Notes under the pieces: generated by a model
Told to the model about the DNA's origin: nothing
Databases searched by the model: none
What the model saw: the letters and a program-made list of their open reading frames with translations, nothing else
Shown here: piece by piece, positions 46,914 to 60,438 of the stretch
How positions within the stretch are numbered: position 1 is the stretch's first letter
How the letters are laid out: each line of letters begins with the position of its first letter
Source: Mobula birostris
Taxonomy: Eukaryota
Assembly: GCF_030028105.1 (NCBI RefSeq)
Contig: NC_092393.1
Location: forward strand, 21,927,825 to 21,991,824
DNA: 64,000 nt
Direction: 5' to 3'
Position numbers and translations under genes: made by a program

Positions 46914-49364
46914 TAGTCCGTGAGCCAGGACCCCAAATTTGGGCCACTGGTACCATCTGGGGGGAATAATTCTTACAGTGATTTTTGGTAAAGTATATAC
47001 CACTAGTGCTAGAAAATATGTGATAACATTGCAGCGGTGGTAGCTTTCTGTGAGGAGGACTGGGAGTTGCACCTCCATGCTATAAGAATCATCCTTTGCC
47101 TATGATAAGATGAATTCTGCCAGGTACCTGTCCCCTTACTTTGCTCAGATGATGAACCTCCCAGAGAAGAAACCTTCTGTGAAACCTTCAAGACAGGCCA
47201 ATTCTCAGTGCAGCTGTCAAGTAACAACCCCTTTGGGCAGTTCCCTGTGGACCAGGCTATTGAAGCCACAGTGAACAAAGACACACAGACTCCTGGAGGC
47301 ACATCATGGTTCAGCGTGAATGCTGGAGCTATCAAGCGTTACTACATAACAGCTGAGCACCGCAGTGGATTCCTGGGACAGTTAAGGGAGATGGTGCAAG
47401 GCAACAAATCAGAGCTTTGTCATGCGGAGCTACAGCGGCCAAGAATCCAGAAAGATGAGGAAGCAGTTTCAGCAGTGGTTAGCCTCATACATGCATGGGT
47501 CAACCCATTTGCTGAGCAGCGGGACCTCATTAGAATCTCTACGGCAAAGGCAGCCCACAAGGACATTGCCTCCGACCTGATGAAGGCATATGAGATTGGT
47601 GAGCAATGCTATGCAACCTTCAAGGATGAGAGACTAGAGGAAGACCCACCAGCAAAGAAACTCCATGACCCAATGAAAGCCAACAAGCTGAAAGCATTCA
47701 GTGATATGTGTAAGAAGAGAGAAGTGAAATCAAATGGGAGGGCGATCATCTTGAAAGCAGACAGGTCTTTGTTTGAACACATCATAGTGATGGCACAAGG
47801 GCGCAGTCTACGTATGGAGGATATCCTTTCTCATCCCCTTAGACCATTGCCCTGGGCCCTGTCCACGCCAGAAAGATTGCTGAGAAAGACAAATAAAGCT
47901 ACTTTAGCCACAACCTTGCAGAAAAATGTAGCAGTAGAAGAGCAACTCCCAGGAAACTCTGCTACAGTAGTTGATGGAATGAACTCGGTCCAAAGAGTGA
48001 AAGATGATCAAGTTACTTTCAGAGATGTTGCCACAACAATTGTGGGTATGGCTCTGAGGGAAGGCAGTCAGAGTAACAGAATAGATGTTGTGTTCGACAC
48101 AAACAAGGAGAACTCTATCAAGAATAGTGAAAGATCTCTACGGGGTGAAGAGACTGGTCATGAGTTGCAAGGTATCACAGGCACACAGATGGTGAGGCTG
48201 TGGAGGAGCTTCCTGACCAAAGTCAGTTACAAAAATTGTCTCATTAGCTTCATAGTCCATGAATGGAGGAAGGCAGAGTACAGAGCAAAGCTACAGGAGA
48301 AGATTCTGTATGCAACTGTGAATGACAAATGTTACAGAATCACATCTCAAGACAGTGAGGAGGTGTCAGCTCTTCAGTGTCAACAAGAAGAAGCAGATGG
48401 CCATCTACTTCTCCATGCTGCCCATGCCACAAGAGAAGGACACCAGTCTGTAGTGATCTGCTCAGAAGACACAGAAGTCTTTATCATGTCTTTATTATTT
48501 TGTGACAAGATTGAGGCCCGATTATTCCAGAAGTGTGGCACTAGAACCCGTACAAGGCTTGTAGACATCAGGAATGTTGCTGTCACTGTTGGCATTGAGG
48601 TTTGTAGGGCTCTCATTTGGTTGCACGCATATATAGGATGTGACACTGTAAGCGCTTTTGCAGGCAAAGGGAAGACAAGTGCCTGGAACTTCTGACCACG
48701 AACAGGAAAACTCAGGACACATTCTTCGAGTTGGGTCAGGATCCACTGGCCTGTAACTGTCCAAAAAAATGTTCACTCCCAAGATGTATGTGTTTGCAAA
48801 TGGCCTCAGATGTACTGACATGCGTAGACTGGCAGACTGTGAGAAAAAGGCATCCACCTCAGAGAGTGTGGAATGATTAGATGAAGATGTGGAAGACATG
48901 AAAGACTTGGAAAATTATTATGATTATTAAATAGGTTATGGAAGTATGGAAAACAAAGTATGGAAAGCAGTCTTCATTTTACAACCAAATAGGGCTTAGG
49001 TTATGGCCGTGTGGAACCCCATATTCGAATCGTTGTACTGTAATTCTATATGCTATGACAAAAGCTTAATTTTATTTTGATTTGATACAATATGGAAAAT
49101 ATCATGACATTGATAAAACTCCAGAAATCTCTCCAAATGAGGTTTTTTACCATTTGGGGGGTGTGGTAACATTTTCTGCTGTACTGTTGTTAATATGGAA
49201 TACTGTATATACAAAAAGTGATTACTTATTTTAAGTAATAAAGCTACCACTGGTGGAATGCTATCACATATTTTCTAACTCTAGAGATGTATACCTTGCC
49301 AAAAATCACTATGAGCATTATTCCCCTCAGATGGTACCGACCAACCCTACTGGCTTACAGACTA
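46914..49364 (+). mobile_element. AcademX DNA transposon, non-autonomous copy 2
   Basis: TIRs 46914-47047 and 49240-49364 (TAGTCCGTGAGCCAG...CTGGCTTACAGACTA); colinear with copy 1; inserted in an old pLTR (46700-46913 and 49365-49420). Confidence 0.85.
47208..48695 (+). CDS. Academ-derived open frame (transposase C-terminal part plus XPG/FEN1-like nuclease), 495 codons, probably non-functional
   Basis: DQAIE, VVDGM, VVFDT, QEEADGHLLLHAAHA, SEDTEV, GCDTVSAFAGKGK. Confidence 0.6.
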   Translation: MQLSSNNPFGQFPVDQAIEATVNKDTQTPGGTSWFSVNAGAIKRYYITAEHRSGFLGQLREMVQGNKSELCHAELQRPRIQKDEEAVSAVVSLIHAWVNPFAEQRDLIRISTAKAAHKDIASDLMKAYEIGEQCYATFKDERLEEDPPAKKLHDPMKANKLKAFSDMCKKREVKSNGRAIILKADRSLFEHIIVMAQGRSLRMEDILSHPLRPLPWALSTPERLLRKTNKATLATTLQKNVAVEEQLPGNSATVVDGMNSVQRVKDDQVTFRDVATTIVGMALREGSQSNRIDVVFDTNKENSIKNSERSLRGEETGHELQGITGTQMVRLWRSFLTKVSYKNCLISFIVHEWRKAEYRAKLQEKILYATVNDKCYRITSQDSEEVSALQCQQEEADGHLLLHAAHATREGHQSVVICSEDTEVFIMSLLFCDKIEARLFQKCGTRTRTRLVDIRNVAVTVGIEVCRALIWLHAYIGCDTVSAFAGKGKTSAWNF

Positions 49365-52087
49365 CGAGTTCTTCCAGCAGTTTTTTTTTGCTCCAGATTA
49401 CAGAATCTACAGTCTCCTGAGCCTCCATATGTAAGGGCATGAGGGGTAGGAGGATGAAGTGAATTCTCTCTCAGCTCTTCAACATGTGTACTTTACCCAG
49501 AATCACATTTACAAAATTACCCGAATGCTTAGTTGCCTTAAATCCAGAGATATATCTGACTTCATAATGCTTATTTCTGACATTTGTGTATTTCAGACAT
49601 TTGCCTGCACTGGAATATTATAAATACCAAAATATAACAAATATAAATAGTATATAGAGCTGCACAACAAATGCTTTATTGACAATGTCTTTCATGAATA
49701 TATTGCTAGGTGAGAATATAGATAAGAAATCGAGAATAAAAAGCAGTCAGACATTAAGCAGGATGTCACGTCACCTTATTTAGTACTTTTTACTGAAACA
49801 GTATCTTAGTAAGTTTGTTTACTTTAATTTTGTTACATGTTCAGGTAATGGTTGAATTACATAGATTTTATGTTATTATTAGAATTTTACAAATGTCATT
49901 GCTTAGCACATCATCAAAAATATTCTGTTTTCTATATCATCTGTCAAATTATTTACGTTCCATAAGATAAAGCAGTGCAATTGATTTGCACTGGAAATTC
50001 TTATTATCAATTAATCAGGTCATTTGAGCCCGAAGGAATTAGATAGGTTAGAGAACTACTTTGGGATTGATCACTGGTTTCTTATTTACTATTATTTGTC
50101 ATCATAAATTTGAGGGAACAGGTACGTGTATATTGTTTCTGGAAAGCGATAGCCTCAATTCATCACAATTTGTTCCTTCACTTCATAAATAAACAGTAGC
50201 TTTTAAATAGCTTCTTTCTCTCACTCAGAATGACTCATTTTGTGTGTGGCTTTTGCCATATGGAAGGTTTATTTTTTTTAATTATTGGTGGCAGCTTGTT
50301 CAGGGAAATTGAATATTTCCTGGTGTGAAATTATTAGCTGGTTTTATTGGACATGGCCTACGGTGGCACCTATGTAATTGCCAAGGACTGAAATGAGAGA
50401 GGAAACAGGGTTAGGATATGATATGCTTTGCTATGATAAATTTTAATGCCACAAATCATATGTAGAAATGTAATTGATACTAGAATGTCAAAATGTGGCA
50501 AAACCTATATGTATATACCTATACAGAACAAGTCCTGTCAAAGCCATTATAATTTTAGTACAATACTTTGGCTTTGAGTGTTGTAGATTTATGAGCAGAG
50601 ATACTTCTGAGAGGTCAGCTGCTTCCAGCTGTGTCAGCAACCCTGTTGCAATGAAAAGGGTTGATAATTTCCTGGTTTTGCATCATTTTTGCTTTCCTAA
50701 ATTCTAATGGAAACAAGGTGCTGAATTATGACATCATCTGACCTAGGACACCACAGATGGAACAAGGAACAGGGATTCGGGTTATGATTTAAATTATTGA
50801 TTAAATCTACATACATCTCAACAGAGGCGTATATGAATATTGTTGTTGTGGAAACACATTTAATTCATTTAAAAAAATATGAGAATGTCAGAAGTAATTT
50901 CCAGCGCAAGTCATGAAAATGCCTTTCATCAGTCTGGCCTTGAGATAGTTCCTGTTAAAAGTTTGCATTTGTATTCTGCTGTAAGTTGGCAATTTGGTGG
51001 ATGTTAAATAATTAAATTGGTTCTTCAGCCAGTTTGGTAATTTAACCACTCGTGACACCAATGAATTAAAACGAAAATCTACCTCACTTGCTGAAAACAG
51101 TTCTGAATGTTTTTCAGTAGGGTAATACGTATCTCATTGCCCATTCAAGGCTTTATGCACTAATGTCAACAGTTATTACTCAATTACTGTATAACAATCC
51201 TGATGTTTAGTAATACAATGCAGCATAAGCCCATACTGCCATAGTGTATACAGTACATTGTGTATGCAATATTGAATATGGGGAATTATTCACAGAAATA
51301 GTGCAGGTCAAAAAACACCTCCAAACACAATAAACATCAATTGTAAGAGTACAGTAATAAGTGGCTTTTATGAATATTTTGTACCCTGTAACTATAATTC
51401 CTATAGGTATATCTAAAACAAATGTATAAATCATGGCTTATTTACTGGAAATCGAGCAGCTTCGGCTATGGCTTATATATATGAATCTAATATAGATTTT
51501 GATGAATGAAAATTAAATATTTTTCAAGACAATATAATTTAGCCTGGAATGGACAAAATTAAGCAAGCTAACTTGGATTAGTGTTTTCTTTTAGTGTATG
51601 CTGATTTAATGTGCTAAATCCCCAGAACTTTCTATTTTTGTTTTGTACTTATTATTTTTCTCCTGGCCTTTAGGCTCTGTTATGTCTCACACCACTTCCT
51701 GCTTGAGGGAATAGTTCCACTAGCTGGAACCTGGTCTCTTTCCCCCATGTTGTTATGTAATGAATTGCTCGCAGGTGCAGTACAGCTGCTCCTCTCGTGT
51801 GCTCATGAAGCACTTCAATATCATGGGTAGTTTGGGATGAACGCAGGAACTTAACTTTGATTGGAGTCTTGGTTGTGAGCCTGAATCTTGCTAAATAAAG
51901 AATGTTCTTTTGAAACAGAGTGAACGATGATAGAATCACAAAGTCATACAGAACAGAAACAGACCCTTTGACGGACCATATCATTATTCCTATATAATCT
52001 TATTTTCTCAACCCATCGGCTTCACCCCCATCCCCTGATTGTACCAGTGACCTATATATTTGGGGCACTTGGAGGCACACAATATAA

Positions 52088-53290
52088 CAGGCCAAAGTCA
52101 GCATGGTTTCTTAAGGGGAAATCTTGCCTGATAAATCTGTTGGAATTCTTTGAAGAAATAACAGGCAGGATAGACAAAGGTGAGTCTGTGGATGTTGTTT
52201 ATTTGGATAGAAGGCCTTTTCACAAGGTGCTGCACAAGACGCTGCTAAATGAGATAAGAGCCCACGGTATTACAGGAAAGATACAAGTATGGACAGAAGA
52301 TTGGCTGACTGGCGAAAGGCAAAGAGTGGGATTAAAGGGATCCTCTTTTAGTTGGTAGTCCGTGACTAGAGCTGTTCCACAGGGGTCCGTGCTGGAACCT
52401 TTTCAAATTACGTCGAGGACCTGGAGGACAGAGTTGATGGCTTTGTGGCCAGATTTGCATATGATACAACAATAGGAAGAATGGCGGGTAGTTTCGAGGA
52501 AGCAGAGAGGCTGCAGAAGGACTTGCATGGACTAGGAGAATGGGCAAAGGAGAGGTGGATGGAATTCAATGTAGGGAAGTGTATGGTTATGTATTTTGGA
52601 AGAAGGAATAAAGAAGGAAGAAGGAAGAATAAGTATAGGCTGTTTTCTAAATGGGGAGCAAATTCAGAAAGTGGAGGTGTAAAGCAGCTTGGGGCATTAG
52701 TGTAGGATCCCTAAATGTTAACTTGCAAATTGATTTGGTAGTATGGAAGATAAATGTAATGCAGGCATTCATTTTGAGAGGACTAGAATATAAAAGCAAG
52801 GATATAATGCAGAAACTTTATAAGGCATGGTCAGACCATGTTTTAAGCATTGTGAGCAGTTTTGGACCCTATACTAAGAAAGGATGTTCTGGAACTGGAG
52901 AGAGTCCAGAGGCATTTTACTAGAACGATCCTGGGAAAGAAAAGGTCAACATATGAGAAGAATTTGATGGTTCTGGGCCTGTACTTGCTGGATATTGAAA
53001 GGCCAAGATAGAGTGTACTTTCAAAGGATGTTTCCAATAGTGCGAGATTCTAGGAGCAGAGGGCACAGACTCACAAGGATGCCCTTTTAGAACACAGTTA
53101 AGGAGGAATTTCTTTAAGCAGGGGGTGGTGAATCTGTGGAACTCATTGCCACAGGCAACTGTGGAGGCCGAGTTACGGGGTAAAGGCAGGAGAATGAGGC
53201 TGAGTGGGAAAATAAATCAGCTGTGATTGAATGGCAGAGCATTCGCAATGAGCAGAATGGCCTAATTCTGCCCCTATGTCTTGTGGTCTT
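52088..53290 (+). mobile_element. Decayed CR1 ORF2 (RT) and 3'UTR
   Basis: GKSCLINLLEFFEEIT, RFAYDTTIG, W.MEFNVGKC; 3' end ggcctaattctgcccctatgtctt. Confidence 0.85.
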
Positions 53291-53294
53291 GAGG

Positions 53295-53482
53295 ACAACT
53301 TGCTGTGGCCAGTTTACAGACCAACTGAGCATCTTTGGGATATGGAAGGAAACGGAGGCACCTGTGGTAAATACACATTGATAGGGTAAATGTGAAATCA
53401 CAGCACAGACAACACAGATTTGAATTGAACTTGGCTTTATGAAGCTGTAGGCAGGAACTCGGATATCTCTGCCATTGTGCCA
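53295..53482 (-). mobile_element. Decayed V-SINE
   Basis: catctttgggatatggaaggaaacggaggcacc. Confidence 0.6.
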
Positions 53483-53744
53483 TCCTAGTTCGCCAGCATC
53501 CTCAGAAAAGTCTACAATACACCAGAACTAATTCTGTTTAAATATTTTATTTGGAAAGGCAGTGGACATGAAGGGTGGATTAGTGGATGAATAAATAATT
53601 GGTGGAGTGATATTATGCTGCCTGTATTATGCGATAAACTATCATAGGGATGATGAAGATAGCCTATGCGCCACTGGCCTGTATTTTGTGGGAAAATGCC
53701 AACAATATTACCAGAAATCCCCTCAGTTAGTGTCACAGTTAATA

Positions 53745-54050
53745 AAGCAGCTGCCTCACAGTGCCAGAAACCTTGGGACCAGCCTATGTAACCACCCGAC
53801 ACATGTATTTCCTTAGAGTGCTCCAGCTCCCTCCCACATTCAGAAAAAGGGCAGGTTGCTTGGGTAATCGGCACTGTCGATTGTCCCTTGTGAGTAGTAA
53901 GTGGTAGAATCCGGGGTAAGTTGCTGAGAATGTGGTGAAAATTTATTTTTTAAAAAGTAGGGGTATTGTATGATTAGAGCACATAGGTGTTTGATGATCA
54001 GTGATTTGATGATTTTCTAAAGGATCTGTTTCGTGCCATATAATTCTTGG
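53745..54050 (+). mobile_element. Decayed V-SINE
   Basis: gctgcctcacagtgccaga...gtgctccagctccctcccacattc. Confidence 0.55.
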
Positions 54051-54104
54051 GTTCTAAGTCTGTATACTCCCAACATATAGGCAGAGACTAAATACTACAC
54101 CAGT

Positions 54105-55620
54105 TGTGACAACCAAGAAGGTATGGTCAAGGGAAGCAGAGGAGCACTTACAGGACTGCTTTGATTTGATAGACTAGACAATATTCAGGGATTCATCGTT
54201 GAGTCTGAATGAATATGTCGTAGTTGTCACCAACTTCACCAAGACCTGTGTAGATGAGTGTGTGTCTTCGAGAACATGTCAGACATACCTAAACCAAAAG
54301 CTGTGGATGAACCAGGAGTCTGAGGGCTAGATTTGTGGCATTCAAGACTGGTGATCCAGAAGTATACAAGCAGTCTAGATCATGGCTTGAATCAACTCCT
54401 GCCTAAGCAAGGATCTGGACCCACTGCAATTTGCCTATTTCCACAATAGGTCTACAGCAGATGCAATCTCACTGGCTCTCCACTTGGCCTTGTATCACCT
54501 GGACAATAGTAATACCTACACCAGGCTGCTATTTATTGATTACAGCTCAGTGTTCAACACAATCATACCCTCAGTTCTAATCAATAAGCTCCAAAATCTG
54601 GGCCTCTGTACCTCCCTCTCCAGCTGGATCCTCTACTCCTTCACCAAGAGACCACAGTCGATGTGGATCAGAAATAGCATCCCCTCCTTACTGACAATTA
54701 ACATTGGTGCACCTCAAGGATGTGTGCTTAGCCCACTGCTCTACTACCTCCAAACCCACAATTGTGTGGCTGGACACAGCTCAAACGCCTTCTATAAATT
54801 TGCTGAAGATACACCTATTGTTGGCAGAGTCTCAGATGGCGATGAGGAGGTGTGCGGGGCTGAGAGAGATCAGCTGGTTAAGGGGTTTCACAGCAGCAAC
54901 CTTGCACTCCACATCAATAAGACCAAGGAATTGATTGCGGATTTCAGGTAGGGGTAGTCGAGGAAACACGCATCAGTCCTCATTGAGGGATCAGAAGTGG
55001 AAAGAGTAAGCAGTTTCAAGTTCCTGGGTGTCAACATCATTGAGAATCTATTCTGGGCTCAACATATTGATTACAAAGAAAGCACAACAGTGGCTATATT
55101 TTATTAAGAATTTGAGGAGATTTGGTATGTCACCAAAGACACACAATTTTCTACAGCTGTACCGTGGAGAGCGTTCTAACTGGCTGCATTACCATTTGGC
55201 ATGAAGGGGCTAGGATTGGAAAAAGCTGCAGAAATTTGTAAATTCAGCCAGCTCCATCCCGGACTCTAGCCTCCACAGTATCCAGGATGCCTCAAAATCA
55301 ATAGGGACCCTCACCACCCAGGACATGCTGTCTTCTCATTGCTACCATCAAGGAGGAGGTACAGGAGCCTGAAGACACACTTGATGGTTCAGGAGCAGCT
55401 TCTTCCCCTCGGCCATCAGTCCTCTGATTGGACAATAAATCCATAAACACCACCTCAGTATTATTTTCCCCTCTCTTTTTGCACTACATATTTAATTTAT
55501 ATTTTAAATATACTTATTGTTATTTATAGTTCTTATCATTATGTTTTGTAATGTACTGCTAACGCAAAACAACACATTTTACAACCTATGCCAGTGATAT
55601 TAAACCTGATTCTGATGACT
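54105..55620 (+). mobile_element. Rex/Babar LINE with RT remnant
   Basis: [48 protein letters not shown]; tail attaaacctgattctgat. Confidence 0.85.
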
Positions 55621-56377
55621 CTGTGACTCTAAGTTTTGAGGAAATGCGAGCAGGTATGCAATTCTGTCTGTAAGCGTGCTGCAAGTTTGGCAATCGCGTG
55701 TGCGCACACTTGAGCATAAAAGTTGCAACTGATTGTTTGCACTTCGCAAATTAACCCTTTCTCGACTGCAGTACTCACAGATGAAAACAAAATCATTTGA
55801 ATTCCTAAAAGAATCAAACAGCCAAACCTGTGCCATATTAATGCAGGTCATAATTAATAATTTGAATAGAGAGACAATGTAAGTATAACATAATTTAAAA
55901 CTTTTTGAATTAATTGTGATCACTTAGATATTTATTAGTTGTATTCATGTGTTCTACAATTTTGTTCATTTTTTTCATATTTAAGTATTATTAATAGGAT
56001 TAGAGATGTTCAATAAAATGTTAACTGCATTTTAAAATGTTTGAATATTTTAGGTATTCAGAAACAGTCAATGTTTTTGTCAACTTAGTCAGCTGTCAAA
56101 GATCTTTTCAAGACTGTGTTTTATACTAGCCATGTCATATCACACAACAGTATTTATACGCACAAGGCCTTGCTACCATACTGATTTCCATCACTGAGGA
56201 TCAGACCATACTCTGCCAGCAGAAAATCAGGCTCACGATGTACATCGGCAATAAGTATAGCTTAATGTTGGCTGGAAATCCTGAAATATTTCATGCAAAA
56301 CCATCTTTGCAACAAAGATTGTGATTTAGTCCTTGCAATGAAACATCACAGTATCCTGAATATATTAAGATGATAAT

Positions 56378-56643
56378 AACACACAAAAATTGTTAGAAGA
56401 ACTCAGCAAGCCAGACAAATCTATAGAGGGGATAAACAGTCAATGTTTTGGGTTGAGACCCCTCATCAGGAAGGAGGCAGAAGTCAGAGTAAGAAGATGG
56501 GAGGAGGAGAAGGTGTACAAGCTGGCAGGAGCTAGGTGAGAGCAGGTGATGGGGAAAGTGAGTGGGTGGAAGAAGTAAGAAGCCCGGAGGTGAAGGTGGA
56601 AGAGATAAATGACTGAAGAAGAAGGAATCTAATGGGAGAGGAT
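56378..56643 (-). mobile_element. Penelope-like pLTR fragment
   Basis: CTGATGAggggtctcaacccAAAACATTgactg hammerhead remnant at 56436-56469. Confidence 0.7.
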
Positions 56644-57096
56644 GCATATTATCTTCAATTGTGGTGGAAACTGGAACTTCTTAATGTCTAGTGTAAGACA
56701 CCTCTTATTTATTATTATTTATCCTCACTATATGAAGTAAAACTAGTCGGTAAATTGCTTGATTACTGTGCATCAACACAAGAGTGAAAAATTCTCTTTT
56801 GCATGCCGTCCATACAAATCATTCATTACATCAGTGCGTTGAAATAGTACAAAGCTAAGCAATAACGGAATGGCACATGGATGATGGTGAAATGGAGGGC
56901 TATGTGGGAGGGAAGGATTAATCTTATGGTAGGCTAAAGTTCGGCACAACATCACTGGCTTAAGGGCCTGTACCATACTGTAATATTCTATGTTCCAATG
57001 AGTACAGGCAAACAATAAGGTTGGTTGTGAGGCCAAGAGTCCATCTTATCACACTCATGCTACTATCTCGAGGGTTGATGCATTTATGCTATTATT

Positions 57097-58036
57097 ATGC
57101 CTCAGGGATCTGTTCTGGGACCCTTACACTTTGTGATTTTTATAAATGACCTGGATGAGGAAGTGGAGGGATGGGTTAGTAAATTTGCTGATGACACAAA
57201 GGTTGGAGGTGTTGTGAATAGTGTGGAGGGCTGTCAGAGGTTACAGCAGGACATTAACAGGATGCAAAACTGGGCTGAGAAGTGGCAGATGGAGTTCAAT
57301 CCAGATGTGTAAGGTGGTTTATTTTGGTAGGTCAAGTATGATGGCAGAATGTAGTATTAATGGTAAAACTCTTGGCAGTGTGGAAGATCAGAGGGATCTT
57401 GGGGTCTGAGTCCATAGGACGCTCAAAGCTGCTATGCAGGTTAACTCTGTGTTTAAGAAGGCATACGGTGCATTGGCCTTCATCAATCGTGGGACCATGG
57501 TCAGACCCCACTTGGAGTATTGCGCTCAATTCTGGTCACCTCGCTACAGGAAGGATCTGGAAACCATAGAAAGGATGCAGAGGAGATTTACAAGGATGTT
57601 GCCTGGATTGTGGAGCATGCCTTATGAGAAAAGGTTGAGTGAACAGCCTCTTCTCCTTGGAGCAATGGAGGATGAGAGATGACTTGATAGAGCTGTACAA
57701 GATAATGAGAGGCATTGATCATGTGTGTAGTCAGAGACTTTTCCCCAAGGCTGAAATGGCTAGCACAAGAGGGCGTATTTTTAAGGTGCTTAGAAGTAGG
57801 TACAGAGGAGATGTCAGGGGTAAGTTTTTTATGCAGAGAGTGGTGAGTGCATGGAATAGGCTGCTGGCGGTGGAAACGATAGGGTCTTTTAAGAGACTCC
57901 TGGATGGCTGCATGGAGCTTAGAAAAATAGAGGGATATGGGTAAAGCTTAGATAGTTCTAAGGTAGAGACATGTTCGGCACATCTTTGAGGGCCGAAGGG
58001 CCTGTATTGTGCTGTAGGTTTTCTATGTTTCTATTT
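57097..58036 (+). mobile_element. CR1 ORF2 3' portion
   Basis: PQGSVLGP, KFADDTK, RPHLEYCAQFW; tail ttctatgtttctat. Confidence 0.9.
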
Positions 58037-58339
58037 TCACTGAAAATGTGGAATTTTTCACTACCTTCCCTGGAGTTTAAAACTATATGTGCTGAAAAGT
58101 TGCATTTTCTCTACTACAAAATATACATCCTTTACAGGATTCCTACTTTGAAAGGATGACTTCAACTGTTTATTAGGGGAGTACAGGAGGAGGTTTTGAT
58201 GAAAGGAACATTGCATGTTTGATATTGATGCCCTAGTAGGAGCACCTTCTTAATTGTGGGTAATTGGCCACTAACCTGCGTGGTACTAAATTAGACTTGA
58301 GACGAATGCATGTATAAATTAACTAATGCTCCATTGATG

Positions 58340-58955
58340 GTCAGTAAAATCAGAGATCTGGAAAACACCTTAAGCTCCAACATGCAGAAGAGGCATTGAG
58401 GTGAACGCAGAAGGTGAGCGAGAGACTGCCTGCCTTTTGGTCGCCAGTGGAGAAGGAGTCCATCAGTGGCCCTATTGCTGTGTGGCTCGTGGCGGCAGGC
58501 GGGTAGGCCTCTCTGCCTCCTGTGGTATCCCTCTCTTTCAACCAATGTTGTTGACATTGTAGCATTGGTATCGTAGTTCTGCGTTTATGGATTGGATGAT
58601 GGCATTTATGGACTGTGGACTTTTTCAGACTTATGGCTTCTATATTCTGTGCCTTCTATTGCCTGTTCCTCTTCCATTTTGTTGTCCAAGGGGAGGGTGG
58701 TTAGGGGTTGATATTCTGTTATGAACTGTTACTTTTTTGTGTGGGGGAGGGGTTGATTTTTGGGGGTTGATGTTCCTGTCCCATTTTGTGTGGGGGAAGG
58801 GGGTTTGATGATCGGGATGCCATTCTTTTTTGTACAGAGGGGGGTGCTGTGTTTGATTTTTCTCTCTGAACAACTTTCATGTTCTTTCTTTGTTTCGTGG
58901 CTAACTGGAGAATACTAATTTCAGATACGTGCTTTGATAATAAATGAACTTTTGA
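58340..58955 (+). mobile_element. Non-coding Rex-tailed retroposon-like segment
   Basis: Ends ttgataataaatgaactttt; GT-rich 3' part like 21850-22068. Confidence 0.45.
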
Positions 58956-59204
58956 TCGTACATTTGGTAAGAGCTAGAATGATTGCTTGTTTGGAAGATG
59001 GATTCCTTGGAAGCAAATATTTGAGATCAGTTGGACATCAAAATAGCTCAGCTCAGGAAACTAGTAGTCCAAGCAAATGAGATCTAAGTGATTCCATTTT
59101 GTAGTTAGGTATTCTCTCATTCTATGCTGTATATCTTTCCCTCATTTGTTACTAGCAAAGTTAGTATCCCAGTTTCTAGTTGCCTACCAGGTAAATTATT
59201 TATA

Positions 59205-59510
59205 TAGAAATACAGCAAGGAATATGCCCTTTGAGCAACCCCTGATAACCACAATTTAACCCTAACCTAATCACAGAACAATTTACAATAACTAATTAAC
59301 CCACCCAGTATGCCTTTGGACTGTAGGAGGAAACGGGAAGACCTGGGGAAAACTGGAGGACCTGGAGAAAACAGGAGGACCTGGAGAAAACCCACACATT
59401 CTACGGGAAGGACATACAGGGACAGCTTACAGAGGATGCCAGGATTGAATTCTGAACTCTGATGCCCTGATCTGTAACAGATTTGCTCTAACTGCTACAT
59501 TACTGTGGCA
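59205..59510 (-). mobile_element. V-SINE with an internal 19-bp tandem triplication
   Basis: ctttggactgtaggaggaaac followed by about three copies of ggaggacctggagaaaac(a) at 59335-59391. Confidence 0.7.
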
Positions 59511-60079
59511 CTGGGAGATGTGACAGAATCAGTAACTCACCCAGGGTGCCATGTCAGGCCCTGAAGCCAACTTTGGGTTTATTTGGAGCAGATATTGGTA
59601 CCACTGGGTCTGCATGAAGGCAGCACCACTAAGCCAAGTTGGACATTAATGGATTTTTACCTTGAGATATTACATGCATTCCAAATAACACATGTGGCAC
59701 GTTTTTAACCTGTACAGCTTCTCCTGTGAATAGATCAATGGTTTAAAGTTAGTAATAGACATATCCTGAGAACAATATTTTCAAACTTTTTTGCAACCCA
59801 CTGAGGACATCTATGTACGTTGGCCTAAATCATTGCAGGAGATGGCCACAGATAATTATGGCTCTGTTTCTATTCATGAAAAACATATCTCCCTAGTTCT
59901 CCAATTGTTGACCTATGGGCCTTAAGCAAAGTGTGCTCCAGTGACAGAGTATATATATATATATTTTTTTTTTCTCTCTGCACGTACCCAAAGTGGATAA
60001 CATCAAGAAAGATATGTATTTATGTAATCACACATGCATTTCTTTCAGGAGATCCCAAACTTATTTACAGCAACCATGT

Positions 60080-60438
60080 ATTCCTGAAGAGTAGTCAGAG
60101 TTGTAACATAGGAAAGAAGGCAGCCCATTTATATGCGGCATGGTTACACAAACTGCAATGTGATATGAAGCAGATAAACTTTTATTTTCAGCTCATTGAT
60201 GGGGAGGCAGATGTTGGTCCAGTACAAGTGATAACGCCAAGATGAAAGGTGTTATATCTTACATATTCACTTGGGAAAGCAGAGTATGCTCTTGATTTAT
60301 TATCTTATCGCAACGACTGCGCCACTCTTTCATGAGCATCGGCCTGGACTTCGGCACTCAAGACTGTGAAGTGGGACTTGAACCCAGATTCTCCTGACAG
60401 AGGCAAGAGTGCTCTCAACTGTGAGCCACAGCTGACAC
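60080..60438 (-). mobile_element. Ancient Deu-type SINE (SacSINE1-like)
   Basis: Head gtgtcagctgtggctc...gcactcttgcctctg...gggttcaagtcccac; 3' part atcacattgcagtttgtg...ggctgcc...tttcctatgttacaac. Confidence 0.65.

Noticed and set aside
1280-49364. Composite macro-transposon bounded by the two Academ copies
   Set aside because: Copy 1 has its own TSD, and the outer flanks (tct versus cga) do not match
59335-59391. Short direct repeats resembling a CRISPR array
   Set aside because: Contiguous 19-bp tandem units with no spacers, inside a SINE in eukaryotic DNA
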